NCBI GenBank assembly: GCA_017538255.1
Contig: JAFYJD010000012.1
Location: 5,714-69,713, forward strand
Direction: 5' to 3'
DNA from: Clostridia bacterium
Lineage (GTDB): Bacteria; Bacillota; Clostridia; Christensenellales; CAG-138
Length of the DNA: 64,000 nucleotides
Part shown: in pieces, positions 36,445 through 47,825 of the stretch
Position numbering within the stretch: the stretch's first letter is position 1
Layout of the letters: each line of letters starts with the position of its first letter
Made by a program: the position numbers and the translations under genes
The notes under the pieces: model-generated
Databases searched by the model: none
Told to the model about the DNA's origin: nothing
What the model saw: the letters and a program-made list of their open reading frames with translations, nothing else

Positions 36445-37557
36445 TTGCATATTTCGGATGAGGCAAAACTGAATATTTGGATTAGTATCGCCTTTGAAGG
36501 TGCTGTTCGCACGGCAAGAACGCTCATTGAGAACAACGGAGGTCTGTTTGAGTTTCGTGAGCGCGTGCTCAACGGCAGAGCCGATTTCGGTAAACTCGAG
36601 GGCAGCGAGAGGGCGGCTGTCGCCCGCGCCTGCGCAACCGGATCCTACCTCGATGTGTTCATCTCCGGTCTTGAACGCGACGGCGTAATGCCTATCGCAA
36701 TATCCGACGACAATTATCCGTCGCTGCTTCGCGAGATATTCGATCCTCCCTATGTACTCTATGCGCGCGGCAATATGGTCAATGAGTCGATAACGCTTCC
36801 GATATCCGTTATCGGCACGCGTCGATGCTCCGATTACGGAAAAAAGGTAGCATCACTCGTCGGCAAAGCGCTTGCGGACTGCGGCGCGACCGTGATATCC
36901 GGCCTTGCTTACGGCTGCGACAGTTATGCTCATGAGGGTGCGCTGAAATCAACGGTAAATGATTTCCCGACTGCTGCCGTTCTTGGGCACGGCGTTTTGA
37001 TCGATAAAAGCGATTCAACGCGCGACACGATGGAAAGGATACTCGACCGCGGTGTTGTCATAAGCGAGTTTTTACCGCATTCGCCCGTCAATAAATGGTC
37101 ATTTCCGATGCGAAACAGGATCATCAGCGGCATTTCTTCGGCGCTTGTCGTTGCGGAGGCGGGGCAGAAGAGCGGCACTATGATAACGGTCAACTGCGCG
37201 CTTGAACAGGGCAGGGACGTATATGCCGTGCCTTGCAGGATAACCGAAACGCTCAACTGCGGCACCAACGAAATGCTACAAAAGGGTTGGGCTCAGCCGG
37301 TATACGGCATTGACGATCTTTTGGTGCAGATCGGTCTGCGCGGCATAGAACAAAAACATATAAACAATATAGTAAAACCCGCGCTTGACGGAGAGAAGGC
37401 CAGACTATACGAGCATATAGGTCTCGGTGAAAAAAACTTCGACGAACTTATCGAAGTAACGGCGTTATCCGTCGAAAAGTTGAATCTGTACTTGACAGAA
37501 ATGGAATTATCGGGTTTAATTAAACAGTTACCTGGCAGGGTCTATACCTTAACTTAA
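36445..37557 (+). CDS. dprA: DNA-processing protein DprA (Smf)
   Basis: GTRRCSDYG...SGLAYGCDSYAHEGAL...SFPMRNRIISG, a Rossmann-like DprA core. TTG start abutting the comM stop. Confidence 0.9.
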   Translation: MHISDEAKLNIWISIAFEGAVRTARTLIENNGGLFEFRERVLNGRADFGKLEGSERAAVARACATGSYLDVFISGLERDGVMPIAISDDNYPSLLREIFDPPYVLYARGNMVNESITLPISVIGTRRCSDYGKKVASLVGKALADCGATVISGLAYGCDSYAHEGALKSTVNDFPTAAVLGHGVLIDKSDSTRDTMERILDRGVVISEFLPHSPVNKWSFPMRNRIISGISSALVVAEAGQKSGTMITVNCALEQGRDVYAVPCRITETLNCGTNEMLQKGWAQPVYGIDDLLVQIGLRGIEQKHINNIVKPALDGEKARLYEHIGLGEKNFDELIEVTALSVEKLNLYLTEMELSGLIKQLPGRVYTLT

Positions 37558-37612
37558 TTAACTATGCCCGTTTCTTAGGCTGAAATGTGGCTTTCATACC
37601 AAGGAGGAAATT

Positions 37613-39727
37613 ATGGCTGAGAATCTAATTATCGTCGAATCTCCGTCAAAAGCAAAAACGATTGAGAAGTATCTTGGCTCCAAGTTCAAGGTCATCGCGT
37701 CCAACGGACACGTGCGTGATCTGCCCAAAAGCCAACTCGGCGTTGAGATAGAGGACGATTTTGCGCCAAAATACATCACGCTGCGCGGCAGGGGCGACGT
37801 TATCGAAAAGATACGCCGCGAAGCAAAGGCCGCAAAGCAGATATATCTTGCGACCGACCCTGACCGCGAGGGAGAGGCCATTTCCTGGCACCTTGCGAAT
37901 ATGCTTAAACTGAAGCCCGAGGATAAGTGCAGGATCGTTTTCAACGAGATCACCAAGGGCGTTATCCAAAAGTCGATAAAGTCGCCCCGCACGATCGACC
38001 TCAGCCTTGTCGACGCGCAGCAGGCCCGCAGGGTGCTTGACCGTTTGCTCGGTTATAAGATCAGCCCCTTGCTTTGGATGAAGGTCAAAAAGGGCCTTTC
38101 TGCGGGCAGAGTGCAGTCCGTTACGACAAAGATCATCTGCGACCGCGAGCGCGAGATACAGGACTTTGTGCCGAAGGAGTATTGGACTATATCCGTTAAA
38201 CTGCATCACGGCCGCCATAACTTTGAGGCAAAGTTCAACGGCCTTAACGGCAAAAAATACGAACTTTCAAGCGAAGAGCAGGCAAAGCGCATAGTTGATA
38301 TCAGCACAGATGCCGACTATGTCGTCAGCGGCGTTAAGACCGCTAAAAAGTCCCGCCACGCTCCCGCGCCGTACACAACGAGCAGTATGCTGCAGGACGC
38401 GTCAAACCGCGTCTCCATGCCGCCTAAGCGCACGATGCTCTGCGCTCAGCAACTCTATGAGGGCATAAATATCAAGGGCAAGGGAAGCATCGGTCTTATC
38501 ACCTATATGCGTACCGACTCCGTTCGCATCTCCAAAGAGGCGCAGGACGCCGCGCGCGCGTTCATTGCCGAAAAGTTCGGCGCTCAATACGTTCCCGAGA
38601 GGCCCAATTTCTATCGCGGCAGATCGGGTGCTCAGGACGCGCACGAAGCGATCCGCCCAACCGATGTTACGCTAACGCCCGCGCTCATCAAGGACTCGCT
38701 GGAGCCCGGTCAGTATAAACTCTATAAACTCATCTACGAACGCTTCATTGCAAGCCAGATGAGTGAGGCGGTCATTGAAACCACCACGGTTTCGATCGAT
38801 ACGCAGACAGCTGATGTGTGCAACTATCGTGCATCGGGCTCCAAGACCCTGTTTGACGGGTTTACAGCAGTATATAAGGGCGGCGCGGACGATGAAGAAG
38901 ATGACGGATCAGCAAATCTCCCGCAGATGGCGGAGGGCGATGCGCCAAAGTATGTTTCGATCACACCGAAACAAAACTTCACAGAGCCCCCGCCGCGATA
39001 CACAGAGGCGTCGCTTGTTAAAACGCTGGAAGAACTCGGAATCGGTCGTCCGAGCACATATTCTCCGACTATCTCTACCATCATCGATCGCGGCTACGTT
39101 GAAAAGGAGAAAAAGCAGCTCGTTCCGACCGAACTCGGCTTTATCGTCAACAAACTTATGGAAGACAATTTCAGCAAGATCGTTGACGTTAAGTTCACCG
39201 CCGATATGGAATCGAGTCTTGACTCGATAGAGGACGGCAACGTCCGCTGGCAGAGCATCGTTTCGGATTTTTATACGCCGTTCAAGGAGGATCTCGACAA
39301 GGCGTTTGCAAATACGCCCAAAGTCGAGCTGAAACCCGAGGTCTCTGATGTGCCGTGTGAAAAATGCGGCGCTATGATGGTCTATAAGGAAGGTCGCTTT
39401 GGCAGGTTCCTCGCTTGCCCGAATTATCCGAAGTGCAAAAACACAAAGACCATTGTTGATAAGATCGGCGTAAAATGCCCCAAATGCGGCGCTGATATCA
39501 TCAAACGCCAGGGCAAAAAGGGAAAGTCGTTTTACGGTTGTGAGCGTTATCCCGACTGCGACTATGTTTCATGGGATAAGCCGACGGGCGAATCATGTCC
39601 TAAATGCGGCAAGATGCTCGTTCAAAAGATCCGCGTAAACGGCAGATACACCGCCTGCGAGGATAAGGACTGCGGCTATATCAAACGCAAAGAATCCAAG
39701 AAGACGGAGCAGGAAAAGGATGAGTGA
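37613..39727 (+). CDS. topA: DNA topoisomerase I
   Basis: Toprim [12 protein letters not shown], the active-site region YMRTDS, and C-terminal CxxC zinc ribbons. Confidence 0.97.
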   Translation: MAENLIIVESPSKAKTIEKYLGSKFKVIASNGHVRDLPKSQLGVEIEDDFAPKYITLRGRGDVIEKIRREAKAAKQIYLATDPDREGEAISWHLANMLKLKPEDKCRIVFNEITKGVIQKSIKSPRTIDLSLVDAQQARRVLDRLLGYKISPLLWMKVKKGLSAGRVQSVTTKIICDREREIQDFVPKEYWTISVKLHHGRHNFEAKFNGLNGKKYELSSEEQAKRIVDISTDADYVVSGVKTAKKSRHAPAPYTTSSMLQDASNRVSMPPKRTMLCAQQLYEGINIKGKGSIGLITYMRTDSVRISKEAQDAARAFIAEKFGAQYVPERPNFYRGRSGAQDAHEAIRPTDVTLTPALIKDSLEPGQYKLYKLIYERFIASQMSEAVIETTTVSIDTQTADVCNYRASGSKTLFDGFTAVYKGGADDEEDDGSANLPQMAEGDAPKYVSITPKQNFTEPPPRYTEASLVKTLEELGIGRPSTYSPTISTIIDRGYVEKEKKQLVPTELGFIVNKLMEDNFSKIVDVKFTADMESSLDSIEDGNVRWQSIVSDFYTPFKEDLDKAFANTPKVELKPEVSDVPCEKCGAMMVYKEGRFGRFLACPNYPKCKNTKTIVDKIGVKCPKCGADIIKRQGKKGKSFYGCERYPDCDYVSWDKPTGESCPKCGKMLVQKIRVNGRYTACEDKDCGYIKRKESKKTEQEKDE

Positions 39728-41042
39728 TCGTAAGATCGTTTCGGTAATAGGCGCGGGTCTCGCGGGCTGCGAGGCGGCTCATACGCTTGCAAGAATGGGC
39801 ATTGGCGTCAAACTTTATGAGATGAAGCCTTATAAGCGTTCACCCGCGCACAGTTCAGACGATTTTTGCGAACTCGTTTGCTCAAACTCCCTTAGATCCG
39901 ACAGGCTCGATAACGCCGTAGGGCTTCTGAAGGAGGAACTGCGGCGACTCGGTTCGCTCGTTATCGAATGCGCCGACCTTACTCGCGTACCCGCCGGCGG
40001 CGCGCTCGCCGTGGATCGCGCGGGCTTTTCCGCTTTGGTAACGGAGCGTATAAAAAGCGATCCTCTTATCGAGGTGATCGGCGAAGAAGTAAGATCGATA
40101 CCCGACGCGCCTGTTATAATCGCAACAGGTCCGCTTACGGACGGCGCGCTTCTTAAAGAGATCGAGGAACTGCTTGGCGACAGTCTGTACTTTTTCGATG
40201 CCGCGGCTCCGATAGTTTCGCTCGAATCCCTAGATATGTCAAAGGTGCAAAGAGCCTCTCGCTACGAACGCGGCAGCGATTATCTCAACTGCCCGATGAC
40301 GAGGCTTGAATACTTTAACTTCGTTCGCGCGCTTATCGGTGCCGAAACCGTGCCTCTACACGGCTTTGAGGACAAAAGCGTATTTGAGGGTTGTATGCCG
40401 GTCGAAGTTATGGCAAAGCGCGGCGATCAAACTCTTGCCTACGGTCCGCTTAAACCAGTTGGTCTTGATAACTGCTTCGCCAGCGACGGAAAAAAGCCGT
40501 TTGCGGTGGTTCAGCTTCGGCAGGACAACAAAGAGGGAACGCTTTATAACCTGGTCGGATTCCAAACGAATCTCAAGTTCGGCGAGCAAAAGCGCGTTTT
40601 CGGTATGATCCCGGGCCTCGAGAACGCCGACTTCGTGCGCTATGGCGTGATGCACCGCAACTCATACATAAGTTCGCCCAAGCACCTGAAACCGAATTAT
40701 GAACTCGGCAATTCTTCGGGCGTCTACTTTGCGGGCCAGATAACCGGCGTCGAGGGCTACGTGGAGAGCGTTTCAAGCGGTATGGTTGCCGCGATAAACG
40801 CAGCAAGGTCCGTTTTGGGTCTCGATGCGGTCGATTTTCCAAGGTCAACGGTTGTCGGGTCGCTTGCGCACTATGTAAGCGAATATAACGGCGCTTCGTT
40901 CCAGCCGATGAATGCAAACTTCGGCATTATGGAAACGCTTGAAAACGCGCCTAAGGATAAACTGATGCGTTATGCGGCTCTTTCCGAAAGAGCGCTTAAC
41001 AGGATCGATATGATAATAAAAGAGGAACTGAAATGGAAATAA
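39720..41042 (+). CDS. trmFO: methylenetetrahydrofolate--tRNA-(uracil54-C5)-methyltransferase TrmFO (Gid)
   Basis: [12 protein letters not shown]...ELVCSNSLR...[14 protein letters not shown]. Confidence 0.95.
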   Translation: MSDRKIVSVIGAGLAGCEAAHTLARMGIGVKLYEMKPYKRSPAHSSDDFCELVCSNSLRSDRLDNAVGLLKEELRRLGSLVIECADLTRVPAGGALAVDRAGFSALVTERIKSDPLIEVIGEEVRSIPDAPVIIATGPLTDGALLKEIEELLGDSLYFFDAAAPIVSLESLDMSKVQRASRYERGSDYLNCPMTRLEYFNFVRALIGAETVPLHGFEDKSVFEGCMPVEVMAKRGDQTLAYGPLKPVGLDNCFASDGKKPFAVVQLRQDNKEGTLYNLVGFQTNLKFGEQKRVFGMIPGLENADFVRYGVMHRNSYISSPKHLKPNYELGNSSGVYFAGQITGVEGYVESVSSGMVAAINAARSVLGLDAVDFPRSTVVGSLAHYVSEYNGASFQPMNANFGIMETLENAPKDKLMRYAALSERALNRIDMIIKEELKWK

Positions 41043-41566
41043 GAGGAACAACGATCGTTGCCGTGCAGAAGGACGGCAAATGTGCGCTCGCCGGCGACGG
41101 CCAGGTAACGCTAGGTGAAAGCACCGTTATGAAGCATACCGCAAAGAAGGTACGCCGTATCTATAACGATAAGGTGGTGGTCGGATTTGCAGGTTCCGTT
41201 GCGGACGCTTTCACGCTCTGCGACAGATTCGAGAGCAAACTGACTTTCCACGGCGGCAGTCTGCGCCGCGCGGCCGTCGATCTTGCGCAGGATTGGCGCA
41301 ATGACAAAGTTATGCGAAAACTCGAAGCGCTTCTGATCTGCGCAAACGAGACCGATCTTTTGATCGTTTCGGGTACCGGCGAGGTTATAGAGCCCGATGA
41401 CGGGATCGCAGCTATCGGCAGCGGGGGAATGTATGCGCTCGCCGCTGCAAGGGCGCTTAAGTCGAACACAGCTCTATCTGCCGAAGAAATTGCTCAAAAG
41501 AGCCTTATGATCGCTTCGGAGATCTGCGTTTATACAAACTCCAACATATATGTCGAGGAGGTATGA
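41033..41566 (+). CDS. hslV: ATP-dependent protease subunit HslV
   Basis: [11 protein letters not shown]...AGDGQVT...[10 protein letters not shown]...GSGG. Confidence 0.95.
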   Translation: MEIRGTTIVAVQKDGKCALAGDGQVTLGESTVMKHTAKKVRRIYNDKVVVGFAGSVADAFTLCDRFESKLTFHGGSLRRAAVDLAQDWRNDKVMRKLEALLICANETDLLIVSGTGEVIEPDDGIAAIGSGGMYALAAARALKSNTALSAEEIAQKSLMIASEICVYTNSNIYVEEV

Positions 41567-41567
41567 T

Positions 41568-42962
41568 ATGCTTACTCCGAAACAGATAGTAGATTCGCTA
41601 AATAAATACATCATCGGCCAGGACGAGGCAAAGCGCACCGTCGCGATCGCGCTGCGCAACCGCTACCGCCGAAGCAAACTTCCCGAAGAACTAAAAGAGG
41701 ATATCATCCCGAAGAATATCATAATGGCGGGACCTACAGGCGTAGGCAAGACCGAGATAGCAAGGAGGCTTGCCAAACTCGTTGACGCGCCTTTTGTAAA
41801 GGTCGAGGCAACCAAGTTCACAGAAGTCGGCTACGTCGGCAGGGATGTTGATTCAATAGTGCGCGATCTTGTTGAGGCTTCCATTCGCCTTGTAAAGACC
41901 AAATGGCAGGAGAAGGTCAAGGTCGCCGCGACCGCCGCCGCCGAACAGCGCATCGTCGACATACTTGCGGGCAAAGGATACAAACCGCAGGAAAACGAAC
42001 AGTTTACGAGCCTTCAAAAACTCTTCGGAGCTTTTGCGCAGGGAGGCAGGCAGGAATCGCTCGAAATATCTGATGAGGAAAAGGCCGCACATAAATCAAA
42101 ACGCGTGCGCATCTTCAAAGAACTCTCGGAAGGCAAACTCGAGAATGAACTCATCGAGATCGATGTTGTCGAAAACCATACGGGAGGGAACGATACCATG
42201 CTCGCCATGGGCATCGATATGAATCTCAATGAAATGTTCGGCGGGATACTTCCCAAAAAGACCAAGACCCGCAAAACCACCGTTAAAGAAGCGCGCCGCA
42301 TCCTCGCGAATGAAGAAGCGGATAAACTGATAGATATGGATGAGGTGGTTTCTCAGGCGATAGACAAGGCCGAGCAGGATGGCATTATCTTCATCGATGA
42401 GATCGACAAGATCGCCGCTAACGGCGGCGCACACGGCCGCGATGTTTCCAGAGAGGGTGTTCAGCGCGATATCCTTCCGATCGTTGAAGGGAGCGTTGTA
42501 AACACCAAATACGGCCCCGTGCGTACGAATTATATGCTGTTCATCGCGGCAGGCGCGTTCCATATCTCGAAAATAAACGATCTTATCCCCGAACTTCAGG
42601 GTCGATTCCCGATATCCGTGCGTCTCAACGCACTTACTCTCGAGGATTATAAGCGCATTCTGACTGCGCCAGAGAACGCGATAATCAAACAGTACACAGC
42701 GCTGCTTGAAACCGACAATATCCATATCGACTTCACCGAAGGAGCGCTCGACGAGATCGCAAAAGCCTGCTTGATCGCGAATGAAACGACCGAGAATATA
42801 GGCGCACGCAGGCTGCATACGATTGTTGAAAAACTGCTCGACGATATCTCTTTTAACGCGAGCGGAGATCACCCTATGATAAATATCGAGATCGATGAGA
42901 AATATGTTCACGAACATATCGCTTGCGACGAAAATGAAAATATCAATAAATACATCATCTGA
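41568..42962 (+). CDS. hslU: ATP-dependent protease ATPase subunit HslU
   Basis: LTPKQIVDSLNKYIIGQDEAKR, Walker A GPTGVGKTEIARRLA, IIFIDEIDKI. Start ATG 41568. Confidence 0.95.
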   Translation: MLTPKQIVDSLNKYIIGQDEAKRTVAIALRNRYRRSKLPEELKEDIIPKNIIMAGPTGVGKTEIARRLAKLVDAPFVKVEATKFTEVGYVGRDVDSIVRDLVEASIRLVKTKWQEKVKVAATAAAEQRIVDILAGKGYKPQENEQFTSLQKLFGAFAQGGRQESLEISDEEKAAHKSKRVRIFKELSEGKLENELIEIDVVENHTGGNDTMLAMGIDMNLNEMFGGILPKKTKTRKTTVKEARRILANEEADKLIDMDEVVSQAIDKAEQDGIIFIDEIDKIAANGGAHGRDVSREGVQRDILPIVEGSVVNTKYGPVRTNYMLFIAAGAFHISKINDLIPELQGRFPISVRLNALTLEDYKRILTAPENAIIKQYTALLETDNIHIDFTEGALDEIAKACLIANETTENIGARRLHTIVEKLLDDISFNASGDHPMINIEIDEKYVHEHIACDENENINKYII

Positions 42963-43014
42963 ACCCGCCGTTCCTCGGAGTTCTGATGCACGGCAATAGG
43001 AGGATATAACGAAA

Positions 43015-44565
43015 ATGAAACCGACCCAAAGATCAATGCGATTATGCTCTATGCTGCTTGTGTTTGTTTTGCTGACCGTCGAGCTTTTCGGCTGCACCAA
43101 GCATGCTTCGACCAACGAGGCTTTGGTATCAAACGACATTGCTTTATACGATACCCCGTATCATACAGAAGCGGACGCTACATCAACGCCGGCATCAGAG
43201 ACGCCCGCTACCGATGTTCCGACCGTGGAGCCAACGGAATCACCGACCGAGCCCATCACGCCTGAAGCGACGCTTGCGCAGTCGACCGATGAATTGCGTC
43301 CAAGTGGAGCGCCGGAAGATGATCCTACAGTAGTGCAGACACCTTCTCATGAGGCGTTTGTTGCCGTAAACGGTGAAAAGGCGTATATCAACAGGAGTTA
43401 TGTTAACTTAAGACAACAGCCCACAACAGAATCCGATATCGTGAAGCGTTTGACGTATGCAACGGAAGCAGTTATCAATGCCGAATCGGATAATTGGTAC
43501 AAAGTCAATGTCGGTGAGAGCGAGGGCTATATCGCAAAACCTTATTTGACCAGAGGGGAAGTGCTTACCCCTGTTCCGACAGCGACGCCAAAGCCCACAC
43601 CCGCGCCCACACCCACATCGGCGTCGTTCACCAAGGTCAACAATGTTGCCGCATACACCAATAGGGCATATGTAAATCTCAGGAGCGAGCCCTCTACAGA
43701 ATCTGAGATCATTACCGTTATGCCTTACGGCACAAAACTCGTAATAACCGCAAAAAACAACGAATGGTATCGCGTCAAAAAGGGTTCTGAAACGGCCTAT
43801 GTTGCCAAAGAGTATGTCACTATAGGCAGCCTTGAAACACCTAAGCCGACTTCCACACCTAAGCCGACTTCCACGCCGAAGCCGACTTCTACGCCGAAGC
43901 CGACGCCAACTCCAAAGCCTACTGCGGATCCGGACGGATTTACGCCGATGAACAATGTAGACGCATATGTCAATGTTGGCGATGTCAATATGCGCAAGGG
44001 TCCAAGTTCAAGTACCGCGATACTTGACGTTCTCTTATACGGCACGGTAGTAAAACTTACAGCGCAGAACAGCAAGTGGTATAAGGTTAATTATAACGGC
44101 ACCGTCGGTTATGTGTTCAAAAAATACCTGACGATCGGCAGTTCGGCGCCCACTACGCCGGAGCCGAAGCCGCAGGGCGAGTTTACGGATTACGAGATCC
44201 ATCTCGTAGCTGCGCTCGTTTACCTGGAAGCGCCGGGCAGTACAGCGGTCGGATGCAGGGCGATCGCGAGCATCATCTATAACAGGGTCAAAAACACATC
44301 CAACCGCTTCCCGGATGATGTAGCAGGCGTTATCCTGCAAAAGAATCAGTTCGGCAACAGATCGCTTCAAAAACTCGAGAACACCGTTCCGAACAAAGCT
44401 GCTAAAGAGGCGGCGGAGTATGTTTTCAGAACTCACGGCAGCACGCTCCCCGCAAATGTATTCTTCTACAGAGCTGCAAGGCTGGGCATTGAGTGGCAGG
44501 ACTATATGGTTTACTATACTACGATCGAGGGCAACAACTTCTATTACGGCATAAAATACTTTTGA
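43015..44565 (+). CDS. secreted cell-wall hydrolase: three SH3b domains plus a C-terminal SleB/CwlJ-type (Hydrolase_2) domain
   Basis: N-terminal signal/lipobox-like LLTVELFGC. Three repeats of YVNLR..P...S.I......G......NWYKV..G...GY....YL. C-terminal LVAALVYLEAPG...IIYNRVKN...VILQKNQF. Long Pro/Thr linkers. Confidence 0.8.
   Translation: MKPTQRSMRLCSMLLVFVLLTVELFGCTKHASTNEALVSNDIALYDTPYHTEADATSTPASETPATDVPTVEPTESPTEPITPEATLAQSTDELRPSGAPEDDPTVVQTPSHEAFVAVNGEKAYINRSYVNLRQQPTTESDIVKRLTYATEAVINAESDNWYKVNVGESEGYIAKPYLTRGEVLTPVPTATPKPTPAPTPTSASFTKVNNVAAYTNRAYVNLRSEPSTESEIITVMPYGTKLVITAKNNEWYRVKKGSETAYVAKEYVTIGSLETPKPTSTPKPTSTPKPTSTPKPTPTPKPTADPDGFTPMNNVDAYVNVGDVNMRKGPSSSTAILDVLLYGTVVKLTAQNSKWYKVNYNGTVGYVFKKYLTIGSSAPTTPEPKPQGEFTDYEIHLVAALVYLEAPGSTAVGCRAIASIIYNRVKNTSNRFPDDVAGVILQKNQFGNRSLQKLENTVPNKAAKEAAEYVFRTHGSTLPANVFFYRAARLGIEWQDYMVYYTTIEGNNFYYGIKYF
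43837..43920 (+). repeat. in-frame 18-nt tandem repeat encoding (TPKPTS)n linker
   Basis: acacctaagccgacttcc is repeated about 4.5 times with synonymous drift, giving TPKPTSTPKPTSTPKPTSTPKPTPTPKPT. Confidence 0.85.
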
Positions 44566-44592
44566 TTCTAAAAGTATCAATACCGATTTTCT

Positions 44593-44626
44593 TCGGGTCG
44601 GCAGAATCGCGCCGACCCGATTTTTA
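44593..44626 (+). terminator. rho-independent terminator
   Basis: tcgggtcggc / gccgacccga 10-bp stem followed by ttttt. Confidence 0.8.
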
Positions 44627-44694
44627 TTAGTTACTGTTTACAAAATTGTCGGTGTATGATAAAATCACATTACAATATTTTCCAAGGAGCGTAA

Positions 44695-45189
44695 ATGAAG
44701 ACAGTCTATCTCGCAGGCGGATGCTTTTGGGGCGTCCAACACTTCTTCGATCAGTTTTCCGGCGTCATCTCAACCGAGACAGGCTACGCTAACGGCGGAA
44801 AAGGCGATGTTACATATGAGCAGGTGTGTGCGTCCGGCAGTCATGCCGAGACCGTGCGCGTCGATTTTGACGATGAGATCATTTCGCTTGAACAGCTTCT
44901 CGAATACTATTTTATGGTGATCGATCCTTTTTCCATAAACAAGCAGGGCGAGGATATGGGAGCTCAGTATCGAACAGGCATCTATTATTCCGACCTATCG
45001 CTGAAAGAAAGCATCGACGCTTTTATTCAAAAGAAGACCGCCGAACTCGGTGCGCCGCTCGCCGTTGAGGTCGCCGCTCTGACGGATTTCTGTTCCGCCG
45101 AAGAGTATCACCAAAAATATCTCGAAAAGAATCCGAACGGTTATTGCCATATCGGAAAAGAAATGTTTGAAATAGAAATGAAAAATTAA
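44695..45189 (+). CDS. msrA: peptide-methionine (S)-S-oxide reductase MsrA
   Basis: LAGGCFWGVQHFF active-site motif, then GYANG...HAE.V.V.FD. Confidence 0.95.
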   Translation: MKTVYLAGGCFWGVQHFFDQFSGVISTETGYANGGKGDVTYEQVCASGSHAETVRVDFDDEIISLEQLLEYYFMVIDPFSINKQGEDMGAQYRTGIYYSDLSLKESIDAFIQKKTAELGAPLAVEVAALTDFCSAEEYHQKYLEKNPNGYCHIGKEMFEIEMKN

Positions 45190-45201
45190 GGGAGAAATAC
45201 T

Positions 45202-47076
45202 ATGCCACCAGGAGGATTCCATGGAAGAGGAGGCTTCTTGACTGAGGAGGAAAAAAACAACCGCCCCAAGGTCACCTGGCCTCTTATCAAAAGAATACTG
45301 TCCTATCTAAAGCCATACTGGAAACAGATGGTGCTCGTTCTTGTGTTGATTGCGGTATCGTCCGTCCTCGGTCTCTTGCCGTCCGTATTGACGGGTAAGA
45401 TCATCGACGACGGTCTTATTGGCCGCAATCTTAAACTGCTCATCATATTGATCCTTGTATCGCTTGGTGTTACGCTCGGCTCCAACTTGATAAAAGTCGG
45501 AGAGAGTTATCTCAACAACTGGATCGCACAGCACATCAGTTTTGATATGCGAAACAAGATGTACCGACATATTCAAAAGATGAGCCAGCGATTCTTCACT
45601 TCAAGCAATCAGGGCGACATCATAACAAGAATGACGAGCGACATCTCGGGTGTTGAGCGCGTCGTTACGAATACATTCACTTCGATACTGTCGAATACGA
45701 TAACGCTTATAGCGGCTGTCATCATTATGTTTCGCCAAAACCCGATACTTGCGCTTGTCGGTATGCTGATAATCCCCCTGTTTGTTATCCCGACACGTAT
45801 GGCGGGCAAAACACGCTGGAAACTGACGCGCGACTCGCAGGAGTGCAGTGATGAAATGAACGGCATCCTCAACGAAACGCTGTCGGTTAGTGGACAGCTG
45901 CTTGTCAAACTCTTCGGCAAGGAGGATCAAGAGTATCAAAAGTACGAGGGCGTAAACAGAAAGATGATCCGTATTAACCTCAAAGAGAGTATGGCGGGTC
46001 GCTGGTTTATGGTTGTCATCACCACTTTTTCGAGCATAGGACCGATGCTCCTGTACCTGGTCGGCGGCATAATGATGATGAAGTACGATTCCAAACTGAC
46101 CGTCGGGGATATCTCCGTGCTGGTTGCGCTTCTCGGCAGGATGTACGGCCCCGTGAACTCGCTGCTCAATATCCAAGTCGAATGGATCCGTTCTATGGCG
46201 CTGTTTACAAGGATATTCGAATACTATGATATGCCCATTGAGATAGAACAGCCCGAAAACCCCGTGATACCCGCGAGCGATACGGGGAGCGTGGAGTTCA
46301 AAAACGTCGATTTCTCCTACGACAGCGAAAGGCAGATACTTAAAAACATTAACTTTAAACTCGAAAGCGGACACAGCGTCGCGATCGTCGGTCCCTCGGG
46401 AAGCGGCAAGAGCACTATAATCAATCTTATCCCGCGCCTGTATGATGTGCTCGGCGGCGAAGTTCTTTTCGACGGCGTGGACGTGCGCGAGCAGGATCTT
46501 GAGCATCTGCGCTCAAATATCGGCATCGTCAGCCAGGAGACCTATCTGTTCAACGGCACGATCAGGGACAATCTCTTGTACGCCAAACCCGATGCTACTG
46601 ACGAGGAACTGATAGAAGCCTGCAAAAAAGCGAATATCTACGACTTCATCGAAAAGCAGGAACTCGGGCTCGGATCTATTGTTGGCAACCGCGGTCTAAA
46701 ACTCTCGGGCGGCGAAAAACAGCGCATATCCATAGCGCGAGTGCTGCTTAAAAACCCCGCGCTGTTGATCTTCGACGAGGCGACAAGCGCACTTGATTCC
46801 ATTTCCGAGCAAAAGATACAGGACGCTATAGACCCGATAATCAAAGAGCGCACTAGCATACTTATCGCGCACAGACTTTCCACCATACTTGCCGCCGATG
46901 AGATACTCGTTGTTAAGGACGGCGAGATCGTCGAGCGAGGCGTGCACAGCGAACTCGTGCGGCGCGGCGGCACCTATACAGAGCTGTATGAAACTCAGTT
47001 CAGCAAGGCGCTCGCGCAAAGGGATGAGTTTATCCCGAAGGAAACAGAGGATACGGATTATTTGAATCTCGAGTGA
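45202..47076 (+). CDS. ABC transporter, fused permease/ATP-binding protein (type I exporter)
   Basis: Six-TM N-terminal half. Walker A GPSGSGKST, LSGGEKQR, LLIFDEATSALD. Confidence 0.9.
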   Translation: MPPGGFHGRGGFLTEEEKNNRPKVTWPLIKRILSYLKPYWKQMVLVLVLIAVSSVLGLLPSVLTGKIIDDGLIGRNLKLLIILILVSLGVTLGSNLIKVGESYLNNWIAQHISFDMRNKMYRHIQKMSQRFFTSSNQGDIITRMTSDISGVERVVTNTFTSILSNTITLIAAVIIMFRQNPILALVGMLIIPLFVIPTRMAGKTRWKLTRDSQECSDEMNGILNETLSVSGQLLVKLFGKEDQEYQKYEGVNRKMIRINLKESMAGRWFMVVITTFSSIGPMLLYLVGGIMMMKYDSKLTVGDISVLVALLGRMYGPVNSLLNIQVEWIRSMALFTRIFEYYDMPIEIEQPENPVIPASDTGSVEFKNVDFSYDSERQILKNINFKLESGHSVAIVGPSGSGKSTIINLIPRLYDVLGGEVLFDGVDVREQDLEHLRSNIGIVSQETYLFNGTIRDNLLYAKPDATDEELIEACKKANIYDFIEKQELGLGSIVGNRGLKLSGGEKQRISIARVLLKNPALLIFDEATSALDSISEQKIQDAIDPIIKERTSILIAHRLSTILAADEILVVKDGEIVERGVHSELVRRGGTYTELYETQFSKALAQRDEFIPKETEDTDYLNLE

Positions 47077-47088
47077 GGCGACAATAAC

Positions 47089-47120
47089 AAAAGCCCTGCA
47101 GCAAATGCAGGGCTTTTGTG
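47089..47120. terminator. bidirectional rho-independent terminator
   Basis: aaagccctgca / tgcagggcttt stem with A-runs and T-runs on both sides, between convergent genes. Confidence 0.75.
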
Positions 47121-47224
47121 TAATTAATTTCTACAAATCAAGATAATCCGCCAAAGTGCTTTCGGTTATTGAGATAATCACGCTTAATCCGTCGAACTCT
47201 CAAGACCGAGAAAAATCCGCATTA

Positions 47225-47812
47225 CTACATCTCGCGTCGATTCTCGATCGATTTTGCAAGCGTTACATCGTCGACGTACTCAAGATTGCCGCCGATCGGG
47301 ATGCCGTGCGCGATCCTGGAGACCCGAACATCAAGAGGCTTTATGAGTTTTGCGAGATAACTCGCCGTAGCCTCCCCCTCAACATCGGGGTTGGTCGCAA
47401 GGATGATCTCCTTGACGTTCTCATCTTCTATGCGCTTTATAAGTTCCTTGATGCGAAGTTGATCGGGCCCTATGCCGTCCATAGGGGAGAGCACGCCTCC
47501 GAGAACGTGATATCTGCCGCGGAACTCGTGTATGCGCTCCATAAACATAATATCGCGCGCGGACTCAACAACGCAGATCGTTTCAGAATTGCGCTTGACG
47601 TCGGAACATACGTCGCACACCTCAGATTCGGTAAAATTGCCGCAGACAGGGCAGAAATGTATGTTTAGTTTCGCGTCGGTTATCGCCTGTGCAAGGCGGT
47701 ATGCATCCGCATCGTCGAGCGAAATGATATGGAAAGCAAGCCGCTGGGCGGTCTTTTTACCGATGCCCGGCAGTTTGTTTAATCTTGTAATAAGTTGATC
47801 GAGGCTCTCCAT
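47225..47812 (-). CDS. recR: recombination protein RecR
   Basis: LPGIGKKTAQRLAFH helix-hairpin-helix, a zinc finger CPVCGN..CDVC, and a Toprim domain. Confidence 0.97.
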   Translation of the reverse strand: MESLDQLITRLNKLPGIGKKTAQRLAFHIISLDDADAYRLAQAITDAKLNIHFCPVCGNFTESEVCDVCSDVKRNSETICVVESARDIMFMERIHEFRGRYHVLGGVLSPMDGIGPDQLRIKELIKRIEDENVKEIILATNPDVEGEATASYLAKLIKPLDVRVSRIAHGIPIGGNLEYVDDVTLAKSIENRREM

Positions 47813-47825
47813 AACCTAAAATCGA

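Noticed and set aside
41033-42962. The absence of codV (xerC-like) and codY around hslVU, and of dnaX upstream of ybaB-recR, as evidence of rearrangement or deletion.
   Set aside because: The Bacillus gene order is not a universal standard for Clostridia. There are no scars, pseudogene fragments or mobile elements at these junctions, so this is just lineage-specific synteny.
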